Of a stretch of 64,000 nt of DNA, positions 18,666 through 26,439 are shown in pieces. Origin of the DNA: Escherichia coli phage NG_S8; sequence record LC788711.1, one strand, 5' to 3'. The notes below the pieces were generated by a model. The model searched no databases, had not been told where the DNA came from, and saw only the letters and a list, made by a program, of their open reading frames with translations. Made by a program: the position numbers and the translations under genes. The stretch's first letter is position 1. Each line of letters opens with the position of its first letter.

Positions 18666-20014
18666 AGGTTGTTATATCTAATAAAGCCTATTTCAAGCCC
18701 GATGATGAACTCTGGGATTATTGTAGTAAGCAAACCACTTATCACATCGAGACAATGACTAGTAAATACCCTATTATGTATAAGAATAGTGGTGTTGTTG
18801 CTAAAGAGATTAAGTGGATTCCCATTACGCGCCTGGATTTACTAGATGCTAAGGGAGTAAAATACGAATTAGTTGATAAACGCACATTAGCTCCGGTAGA
18901 AATACCAGAACCTCAGTTCAAGCTACGTGAAGAAGATCAGCTTCCTATATATGAAGAGTGCGATGATACCTGTATTATTAATGGTAAGCCTGGATTTGGT
19001 AAAACTATCCTAGCTCTAGCTCTTGCATATAAGTTTGGCCAGAAAACTCTGGTAATCTGCACTAACACATCCATTCGTGAAATGTGGGCTGCAGAAGTTC
19101 GTAAATGGTTTGGATTCGAGCCGGGTATTATAGGTTCTGGAAAGTATAACATTGATCCACCAATCGTGGTCAGTAATATACAAACAGTGAACAAACATGC
19201 GAATAATCTTTCTAAGGTATTCGGTACTGTTATAGTTGATGAAGTTCACCACTGTGTAGCTACAACTTTCACTAATTTCCTAGAGATCTCATGTGCTCGC
19301 TACAAGATCGGTCTATCAGGTACATTAAAACGTAAAGATGGGCTACAAGTTATGTTCAAAGATTTCTTTGGATATAAGATCTTTAGTCCCCCTGTTAATA
19401 ACACTGTTCCACCCACAATCCATAGGTACTCCGTACCTGTCGAGTTATCAGGAAACCAGAACGTACCATGGGCACTACGTGCTAATGATGTATATAATCA
19501 TCCTGAATATCGGGAAACTATTATAAACCTAGCACATTTATATGTGTCTATGGGGCATAAGGTTCTCTTTGTAAGTGATAGGACGGAACTAATCCAAACA
19601 ATATTAGAAGCTCTCGCACAACGTGGTGTTACAACCTATGAGATTATAGGTGCAACTCCTTTGGATGACCGATTGAGAATCCAGAAAGATGTAGCGGAGG
19701 GCGGACCCTGTGTGCTTGCAGCAGCTCAGAGTATCTTCTCAGAAGGTATTTCTCTTAACGAGCTGTCTTGTTTAATAATGGGAAGTCTCATTAATAATGA
19801 ATCTCTCATAGAACAGTTAGCAGGCCGCGTTCAACGTATTGTTGACGGAAAGCTAGATCCGATTGTTGTAGATTTAATTATGAAAGGAGGTACTGGTTTA
19901 AGACAGGCTTCTGGACGTATGGCCGTGTATCGCAATAATGCATGGAAAACTATTACTATGACTCCGGAGAAAGCAGTACAATTAGCTAAAATTGCATTTG
20001 GCAACTACTCATAA
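18662..20014 (+). CDS. SF2 DNA helicase (D10-like)
   Basis: Walker A GKPGFGKT, Walker B VIVDEVHH. Confidence 0.8.
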   Translation: MKVVISNKAYFKPDDELWDYCSKQTTYHIETMTSKYPIMYKNSGVVAKEIKWIPITRLDLLDAKGVKYELVDKRTLAPVEIPEPQFKLREEDQLPIYEECDDTCIINGKPGFGKTILALALAYKFGQKTLVICTNTSIREMWAAEVRKWFGFEPGIIGSGKYNIDPPIVVSNIQTVNKHANNLSKVFGTVIVDEVHHCVATTFTNFLEISCARYKIGLSGTLKRKDGLQVMFKDFFGYKIFSPPVNNTVPPTIHRYSVPVELSGNQNVPWALRANDVYNHPEYRETIINLAHLYVSMGHKVLFVSDRTELIQTILEALAQRGVTTYEIIGATPLDDRLRIQKDVAEGGPCVLAAAQSIFSEGISLNELSCLIMGSLINNESLIEQLAGRVQRIVDGKLDPIVVDLIMKGGTGLRQASGRMAVYRNNAWKTITMTPEKAVQLAKIAFGNYS

Positions 20015-20097
20015 TTATTGTATAATATATACATAAATTTGAGAGAGAAAGTTTCGGATTGATAAGAAAGTCCGAAGCAGAAAAATAAAAATTGTAC

Positions 20098-20127
20098 TTG
20101 TCAAATCCTCCCGATTTAATGTATAAT
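20098..20127 (+). promoter_or_regulatory. sigma70-type early promoter
   Basis: -35 TTGTCA, 18-bp spacer, TGTATAAT; a second TGTATAAT lies at 20009-20016. Confidence 0.55.
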
Positions 20128-20154
20128 ATATACATAAATTGATGAGAGACAAAA

Positions 20155-20517
20155 ATGAAATTCTTTGATTACGAGAGAATTTACCTCTTAGCTAGAGGAA
20201 ACTCCGACCTGATTGTCAAGCTATTTAATAGAATGCTTGCAGAGCCTGATGCTTACCAACTACTGGTCGGTTCTTCATTCATCTTGAATGAATCAACTAT
20301 TGTTGATAACCCTTACAAATTGTCTAATAGACAACTGGCAGAATATCTAGGAATTCTAAGTCTACGAAATTATGCCGAATATAAGTTTACAAACGATCCG
20401 AGTTTGGACATGCAATATGTCCCCATATGGATACCACGTTCTGTAATCGACACTAACCCACTAATTGCAATCAATAAATCGAAGATAATCTTTAAAGAGG
20501 AAATAAAATATGGCTAA
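20155..20517 (+). CDS. hypothetical protein (120 aa)
   Basis: ORF after promoter; RBS GAGAGACA. Confidence 0.55.
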   Translation: MKFFDYERIYLLARGNSDLIVKLFNRMLAEPDAYQLLVGSSFILNESTIVDNPYKLSNRQLAEYLGILSLRNYAEYKFTNDPSLDMQYVPIWIPRSVIDTNPLIAINKSKIIFKEEIKYG

Positions 20518-21283
20518 GTCTTGGGGCGAAACTACTGGCGGTTCTAACGATAAAATCGACTTCCTGAAATTCAACAACGGTGTAACTCGTGTTCGTATCG
20601 TTTCTGGTGTTCTTCCACGTTATGTATACTGGCTGACTAACAAAGATGGTAATGCAGCTCCGTTTGAGTGCCTGCGTTTCAACCGTACTAAAGAGAGCTT
20701 CGTTCGCGGTAAAGCTGACCCGATTCACGAAATGGGTTTCTTCGAGAAAGAGCTGGACAAAGATGGTAATCGTGTTCCGCTGAAACCGAAGAAAAACTAC
20801 ATCGCTTTCGTTATCGACCGTTCTGATAACAAACTGAAAGTTATGGAAGTTAAAGCTACGATCCTGAAAGGCATCCAGTCTATCATGAAGCAGCTTGAAC
20901 TGGCAGATCCATTCGATATCGATATTTCTATCGAGAAGAAAGGTAAAGGCTTCGATACTGAGTACGATGTACAGCAGATCGCAGCAATGCAGTTCCAGAT
21001 GAAACTGAAAGATCCTACCAGTGCTGAGTCTAAACTGCACGCCGCTGATGTTGATATCCTCGGTGAAGCTATGTGTGATGATACTGGTGAGTTCATCAAG
21101 TTCGAAAAAGTTCCTTCTCTGGAAGAAACCTACCCGGTTCCGTCCTATGAAGAGCAGAAAGAAGCTATTCTCGCCTTCATGGAAGGTCGTGAGAAGCAAG
21201 AAGGCGGTGACGCTAAGTCTGGTGGAGATGCTGGTTCTCAGAAAGGCATCGACGCTGAAGCTGCTAGCGATCTGGACGACTAA
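20510..21283 (+). CDS. putative ssDNA-binding protein (257 aa) with acidic C-terminal tail
   Basis: Strong RBS AAAGAGGAAA; high-expression codons; C-terminus ...EAASDLDD typical of SSB tails; terminator follows. Confidence 0.55.
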   Translation: MAKSWGETTGGSNDKIDFLKFNNGVTRVRIVSGVLPRYVYWLTNKDGNAAPFECLRFNRTKESFVRGKADPIHEMGFFEKELDKDGNRVPLKPKKNYIAFVIDRSDNKLKVMEVKATILKGIQSIMKQLELADPFDIDISIEKKGKGFDTEYDVQQIAAMQFQMKLKDPTSAESKLHAADVDILGEAMCDDTGEFIKFEKVPSLEETYPVPSYEEQKEAILAFMEGREKQEGGDAKSGGDAGSQKGIDAEAASDLDD

Positions 21284-21289
21284 TAAACC

Positions 21290-21318
21290 AAGGGGAGCTA
21301 CGGCTCCCTTTCTTTTTA
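21290..21318 (+). terminator. rho-independent terminator after SSB-like gene
   Basis: Stem AGGGGAGC/GCTCCCT then TTTCTTTTT. Confidence 0.7.
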
Positions 21319-21322
21319 ACTT

Positions 21323-22300
21323 ATGAGAATACTATTTAGTGCTGATCATCATATCAAATTAGGACAAGATAAAGTTCCAAAGGAATGGCAGAAGCGTCGC
21401 TTCCTGATGCTAGGAGAACGGTTAAATGACGTATTCCATAATCATAACTGTGATCTGCATATTGCTGGTGGTGATATTCTTGATGTTGCCGACCCATCGT
21501 CGGAAGAAATAGAACTTCTTGAACAGTTCATGTCAAGACTTGACCATCCAGGCAAGATCTTCACAGGGAACCATGAAATGTTAACTAAAACTATTTCATG
21601 TCTGTATCACTATGCAGGAGTTATTAATAAAGTAACAAACGGAAATTGGGAAGTCATTACTAAACCATATCGTTCTCCTGAATTTGATATTGTCCCTTAT
21701 GATGAGATCCACAAACCAAAGTGGAAACCATCTGAGTCAAAACTATGTTTCACGCATGTTCGTGGTGAAATCCCTCCACATGTAAAACCAGAGATTGATC
21801 TAACGAGGTATAACTGTTATGACACTGTAATTGCTGGCGATTTACATTCTTATACTAATAGTCAAACTGTTGGTTCTACTAGACTTCTTTATCCAGGATC
21901 TCCATTAACTACATCGTTCCACAGAGAACGCACAAAAGGTACAAATGGTTGTTTTATCATTGATACCGACACATTAAAAGTAGAATGGATTGAACTCGGT
22001 GACTTACCACAGCTGATTCGTAAAACAATCGGAGTTGGTGAGGAAATGGAGCCTAGTGACTATGACCGTGTAATTTATGAAGTCACTGGTGACGTCGTTC
22101 AGTTAAAGTCTATTAAAGATTCCGATCTCTTAGATAAAAAGATTAACCATCGAGTTACTAAAGATGCTAAGTTAAATCTTGTTGATCTTGATATGTTAGG
22201 CGAACTTGAACTTTACTTCCGTGAAGTTGAAAAGCTGTCTCAAGACGACATTGATAGAATCTTAGCTAGAGCTGCTAAATATGTCAAAGATTATAATTAA
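21323..22300 (+). CDS. Mre11/SbcD-like metallophosphoesterase nuclease
   Basis: N-terminal LFSADHH (motif I), GGDILD, GNHE phosphoesterase motifs. Confidence 0.8.
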   Translation: MRILFSADHHIKLGQDKVPKEWQKRRFLMLGERLNDVFHNHNCDLHIAGGDILDVADPSSEEIELLEQFMSRLDHPGKIFTGNHEMLTKTISCLYHYAGVINKVTNGNWEVITKPYRSPEFDIVPYDEIHKPKWKPSESKLCFTHVRGEIPPHVKPEIDLTRYNCYDTVIAGDLHSYTNSQTVGSTRLLYPGSPLTTSFHRERTKGTNGCFIIDTDTLKVEWIELGDLPQLIRKTIGVGEEMEPSDYDRVIYEVTGDVVQLKSIKDSDLLDKKINHRVTKDAKLNLVDLDMLGELELYFREVEKLSQDDIDRILARAAKYVKDYN

Positions 22301-24119
22301 GACACTAAAATTCAGCAACGTTATGTCTTACGGTAAGGATATTGTAATTCATTTCGATAAGAATCCAGTTACTCAGTTAATCGGAGGAAACGGTCTAGGG
22401 AAGTCCACTATTGCTACTGTTATTGAGGAATTGTTTTATAACAAGAACTCACGTGGTATCAAGAAGGACGCCCTATTCTCTTGGGGTTCTCCGAAGAAAG
22501 AGTACGATATGCACGCTTACTTCTCGAAAGATGAAGATGAGTATGAGTTGCATAAAGTAGTTAAATCAACTGCTAAGGTTACACTGATTAAGAATGGAGA
22601 AGATATCAGTGGACACACAGCAACTCAAACGTATAAGATGATTGAAGAGATTATGGGTGGTGACTTCCAAACATTCACTAAACTGATCTATCAATCTGTA
22701 GGTTCCAACCTAGACTTCCTCAAAGCAACTGATGCGACACGTAAAGCTTTTCTTGTTAATCTGTTCAATCAGGAACAGTATAAAGAGATGTCAGAAACTA
22801 TTAAGGCTGATCGTAAAGAAGTGGCAAGTACGTTAAGTAACTTGCAAGGCCAGATGGCCGTAATTACGAAGATCCTCAATGGAAAAGGTAATCTCGGAAG
22901 TTTACAAGAGCCAGTTGAAGTTCCAGAGTTTGATGAAGAACCGTTAGCACAAGAACTTACTGAGTCGAAAATTAAGGCGGCATTAGCCAAATCACAAGAG
23001 GCTAATATTACTAAACTCCGTAATTTGGACAAAGCTGTACAAGTTGCCGAACAATCTTTCGAGCCTTTCAAAAATTTCCCTGCGCCCACTGACCAATCTG
23101 AAGAGATCTCAAGTGTTACGCGTGACCTAACGATTGTTACCTCACGTGCGGGAGAAGTCAAGAAACGTTATCAGAAGTTCAAGCAAGAGGCTTCAAATAC
23201 TGAATGTCCTACTTGTGGCACTCATCTTGATACAACTGCTGCTCAAAAAGCAATGGATATGGCTAGAACAGAGTATGATCCTCTATTTAAAGAGAAGCAA
23301 TCTCTTGAAGCTACGCTAGAGCAGTTGAAGAAAGAACAAGTCGAGTACACTGCGTATACTAGAGCTAAGGATGCTTTGGATAAGGCAATAGCAGCTAGGG
23401 ACGAGTTCAAAAATTCAATGAGTGATGCTTCTTTTGAAGAACTCAATGTGCAAATCCTACAGGTGCAAATCCGACAATTAGAACAGGAAATCGCAGATGG
23501 ACGTTCTAAAGTTGCAATTGCCAAAGAGCATAATGCAAATGTCGAGTTAGCCAATGCAAAGTATAAAGCGAAACTAGAACAGATTGAGAAAGCTGAGGCA
23601 GAAATGTCTGAGATAACGTCCAAACTGGATGGAGTATCAGAAGCTGTCGCTGATCTTGATATTCTGATAGCTGCATTGAAAAATCTGGTAGGATATAAAC
23701 TAGAGCATAGTGTGAAAGTATTTGAGGAATTGATTAATAAATATCTTTCTATTATGACTGGTGGTAAGTTCGCACTTGGATTTGAGCTTGATGAAACTAA
23801 ATTACAAGTAGTAATCTTCAATGATGGAAACCGTACCAGTATGGAGAACTGCTCTACTGGTCAGCAGAGTAGAATTAACCTAGCAACTCTGTTGGCAATT
23901 CGAATGCTGTTAACATCTATCAGCAAAGTTAATATTAATCTTCTATTCCTTGACGAAGTTATTAGCTTTATTGATACGAAAGGACTTGATACTCTTGTTG
24001 AACTATTAAATGAGGAAGATAGTCTGAACTCTATCATTGTTTCTCATGGGCATACGCATCCATTAGCCCATAAGATTACTGTCAAAAAAGATGCAGAAGG
24101 ATTTTCCTACTTAGAATAA
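22281..24119 (+). CDS. Rad50/SbcC-like ATPase
   Basis: Walker A GGNGLGKST, central coiled coil with CPTCG zinc hook, C-terminal LLFLDEV Walker B. Confidence 0.8.
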   Translation: MSKIIIKTLKFSNVMSYGKDIVIHFDKNPVTQLIGGNGLGKSTIATVIEELFYNKNSRGIKKDALFSWGSPKKEYDMHAYFSKDEDEYELHKVVKSTAKVTLIKNGEDISGHTATQTYKMIEEIMGGDFQTFTKLIYQSVGSNLDFLKATDATRKAFLVNLFNQEQYKEMSETIKADRKEVASTLSNLQGQMAVITKILNGKGNLGSLQEPVEVPEFDEEPLAQELTESKIKAALAKSQEANITKLRNLDKAVQVAEQSFEPFKNFPAPTDQSEEISSVTRDLTIVTSRAGEVKKRYQKFKQEASNTECPTCGTHLDTTAAQKAMDMARTEYDPLFKEKQSLEATLEQLKKEQVEYTAYTRAKDALDKAIAARDEFKNSMSDASFEELNVQILQVQIRQLEQEIADGRSKVAIAKEHNANVELANAKYKAKLEQIEKAEAEMSEITSKLDGVSEAVADLDILIAALKNLVGYKLEHSVKVFEELINKYLSIMTGGKFALGFELDETKLQVVIFNDGNRTSMENCSTGQQSRINLATLLAIRMLLTSISKVNINLLFLDEVISFIDTKGLDTLVELLNEEDSLNSIIVSHGHTHPLAHKITVKKDAEGFSYLE

Positions 24120-24122
24120 AAC

Positions 24123-24605
24123 ATGGCCGTAGATAGTAGAGAGAAAGGTAAACGTGGTGAATATCAGGTAAGAGATATACTGCGTGAACGTACAGGTCTT
24201 GAGTGGGAACGTGTTCCAGGCTCTGGTGCTTTTGGCCAGAGCCATGGACTGAAGGGTGACATCTACCTTCCACCACAAAGCGGACACATTAGTAAATACT
24301 GCTTCGAAGTTAAGTGGTATAAAGATGATAACATATCAAGTAATTTATTTAACGTTGGTGAATCCACTCTAGAGAAGTGGTGGCAGCAGTGTTCCCGTGA
24401 AGGTGAACAGATGAACTCCAAACCAGCCTTAATATTCAAGAAAGACAGAGGACAGTGGTTAATTGCTTTGGATAGCTCAGACCCGATGGTTGACAACTTA
24501 ATGAGTCGCACCCATATGGTATTAAATAAGAAAGACATGGAAATCGTAATCGGGTTATTCGAACCGTGGTTACATCACGCATCTGTTGAGGACTTAATTA
24601 AATAA
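24123..24605 (+). CDS. hypothetical protein (160 aa), possible PD-(D/E)xK nuclease/resolvase-like
   Basis: GKRGEYQVRDILRERTG ... GDIY ... FEVKW pattern; by eye only. Confidence 0.4.
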   Translation: MAVDSREKGKRGEYQVRDILRERTGLEWERVPGSGAFGQSHGLKGDIYLPPQSGHISKYCFEVKWYKDDNISSNLFNVGESTLEKWWQQCSREGEQMNSKPALIFKKDRGQWLIALDSSDPMVDNLMSRTHMVLNKKDMEIVIGLFEPWLHHASVEDLIK

Positions 24606-25480
24606 TGAGTAAATCCTGGGGAAAATTTATTGAAGAGGAAGAAGCTGAGCTGGCTTCTCGTCGCAACCTAATGATTGTTGATGGAACTAACTTGGGCTTC
24701 CGCTTCAAACATAATAATAGTAAGAAACCTTTTGCTTCTAGTTATGTATCAACGATTCAATCTTTGGCGAAATCTTATTCTGCTAGAACTACAATTGTTC
24801 TTGGCGATAAAGGAAAGTCTGTATTCCGTTTAGAGCATCTTCCTGATTATAAGGGCAACCGTGATGAAAAGTATGCTCAACGTACAGAAGAAGAGAAAGC
24901 ACTAGATGAACAGTTCTTTGAATACCTTCGTGATGCTTTCGAGTTGTGTGAAACCACATTCCCAACCTTCACTATTCGTGGCGTAGAAGCAGATGATATG
25001 GCAGCTTATATTGTTAAGCTCATTGGTCATTTATATGATCACGTTTGGCTGATCTCTACTGATGGTGACTGGGATACTCTATTAACTGATCGAGTTTCTC
25101 GCTTCTCCTTCACCACACGTCGTGAGTACCATCTTCGTGATATGTATGAACATCATAACGTTGACGATGTAGATCAGTTTATCTCTTTGAAAGCAATTAT
25201 GGGAGATCTCGGTGATAACATCCGTGGTGTTGAAGGCATCGGTGCAAAACGTGGTTATAATATTATCCGTGAATTTGGTAATGTTCTGGATATTATTGAT
25301 CAACTCCCTCTGCCTGGGAAACAGAAATATATACAGAATCTGAACGCATCGGAGGAGTTGCTTTTCCGAAACTTGATTCTAGTTGATTTACCGACCTATT
25401 GTGTAGATGCTATTGCTGCTGTGGGTCAAGACGTATTAGATAAGTTTACGAAAGATATTTTGGAGATCGCAGGACAATGA
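24605..25480 (+). CDS. flap endonuclease / 5'-3' exonuclease (291 aa)
   Basis: N-terminal LMIVDGTNLGFR, GDKGKSVFR, LISTDGDWDTL motifs; length equals T5 D15 exonuclease. Confidence 0.85.
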   Translation: MSKSWGKFIEEEEAELASRRNLMIVDGTNLGFRFKHNNSKKPFASSYVSTIQSLAKSYSARTTIVLGDKGKSVFRLEHLPDYKGNRDEKYAQRTEEEKALDEQFFEYLRDAFELCETTFPTFTIRGVEADDMAAYIVKLIGHLYDHVWLISTDGDWDTLLTDRVSRFSFTTRREYHLRDMYEHHNVDDVDQFISLKAIMGDLGDNIRGVEGIGAKRGYNIIREFGNVLDIIDQLPLPGKQKYIQNLNASEELLFRNLILVDLPTYCVDAIAAVGQDVLDKFTKDILEIAGQ

Positions 25481-25923
25481 TTAAAATTAAACTAACTCAT
25501 CCAGATTGCATGCCGAAAATTGGTTCTGATGATGCCGCAGGTATGGATCTGCGTGCATTCTTTGGTACTAACCTTGCGGCAGATTTACGTGCTATTGCAC
25601 CAGGCAAATCCCTTATGATCGACACCGGTGTCGCGGTGGAAATTCCGCGAGGTTGGTTTGGTTTGGTAGTTCCTCGCAGCTCTTTAGGTAAGCGTAAACT
25701 GATGATCGCAAACACCGCAGGAGTGATCGACTCAGACTACCGTGGTACTATTAAGATGAACCTGTTTAACTACGGTTCTGAAATGCAAACTCTGGAGAAT
25801 TTCGAGAGACTTTGTCAGCTAGTGGTACTACCACACTACTCAACCCATCATTTTGAAATCGTTGACGAACTAGAGGAGACTGATCGTGGAGAAGGCGGCT
25901 TTGGAAGCTCAGGAAGTAAGTAA
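25477..25923 (+). CDS. dut: dUTP diphosphatase
   Basis: dUTPase motifs AAGMDLRA, RSSLG, AGVIDSDYRGT. Confidence 0.9.
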   Translation: MIKIKLTHPDCMPKIGSDDAAGMDLRAFFGTNLAADLRAIAPGKSLMIDTGVAVEIPRGWFGLVVPRSSLGKRKLMIANTAGVIDSDYRGTIKMNLFNYGSEMQTLENFERLCQLVVLPHYSTHHFEIVDELEETDRGEGGFGSSGSK

Positions 25924-26152
25924 TTTTGCTGATCCTAATATGGTAGGGGTAGATGTAGACCAACCTAATTTTTGCAAGATTGATATTAAATACGTTGAAC
26001 CTGAGAAAATAGTATTGAGGGTTGATGTATCTGGTGTAGTAGAACAGTGGGATGAAGAAGGATTTATCGCACTTTGCACTGAATCTCAAGATCATATGCT
26101 TAAAGCCATGCTAGCAGTATATAACTTAGGTAGTATTGCAGGTAGTAGATAA
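25886..26152 (+). CDS. hypothetical protein (88 aa)
   Basis: ORF overlapping dut end; followed by bidirectional terminator. Confidence 0.4.
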   Translation: MEKAALEAQEVSNFADPNMVGVDVDQPNFCKIDIKYVEPEKIVLRVDVSGVVEQWDEEGFIALCTESQDHMLKAMLAVYNLGSIAGSR

Positions 26153-26156
26153 TAAT

Positions 26157-26192
26157 AAACCCCAGTGGACAATCCACTGGGGTTTTCTCTTA
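26157..26192. terminator. bidirectional terminator at early/late convergence point
   Basis: Stem AAACCCCAGTGGA/TCCACTGGGGTTT flanked by A-run upstream and T-run downstream. Confidence 0.75.
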
Positions 26193-26235
26193 TTTAGTAA
26201 GGAGTTGTTTTACTAATTCCTTTATTTTATTAATC

Positions 26236-26303
26236 TTTTTTTTTTTTTTTTGAGAGGATGCAAAACGAACCTCTTGCATTTTGCATTTTGCATTTTGCGT
26301 TTT
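26236..26303. repeat. T16 homopolymer followed by four tandem GCATTTT/GCGTTTT heptamers
   Basis: Read directly: T-run 26236-26251; heptamers 26276-26303. Confidence 0.8.
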
Positions 26304-26439
26304 CATATTGTACATAAGAACAGCCTAAGAATCAGCGAACTGTTAACATAGCAGAACACGCGTTGCGTTGCTAGGATAATCAATGTTCAGGCTTGTTTCG
26401 CAGCAATATTTTTCAGTGACAGATTGCACTCCACTTATA

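Noticed and set aside
20492-21199. 235-aa minus-strand ORF overlapping the SSB-like gene
   Set aside because: Antisense to a strongly codon-biased, RBS-supported plus-strand gene.
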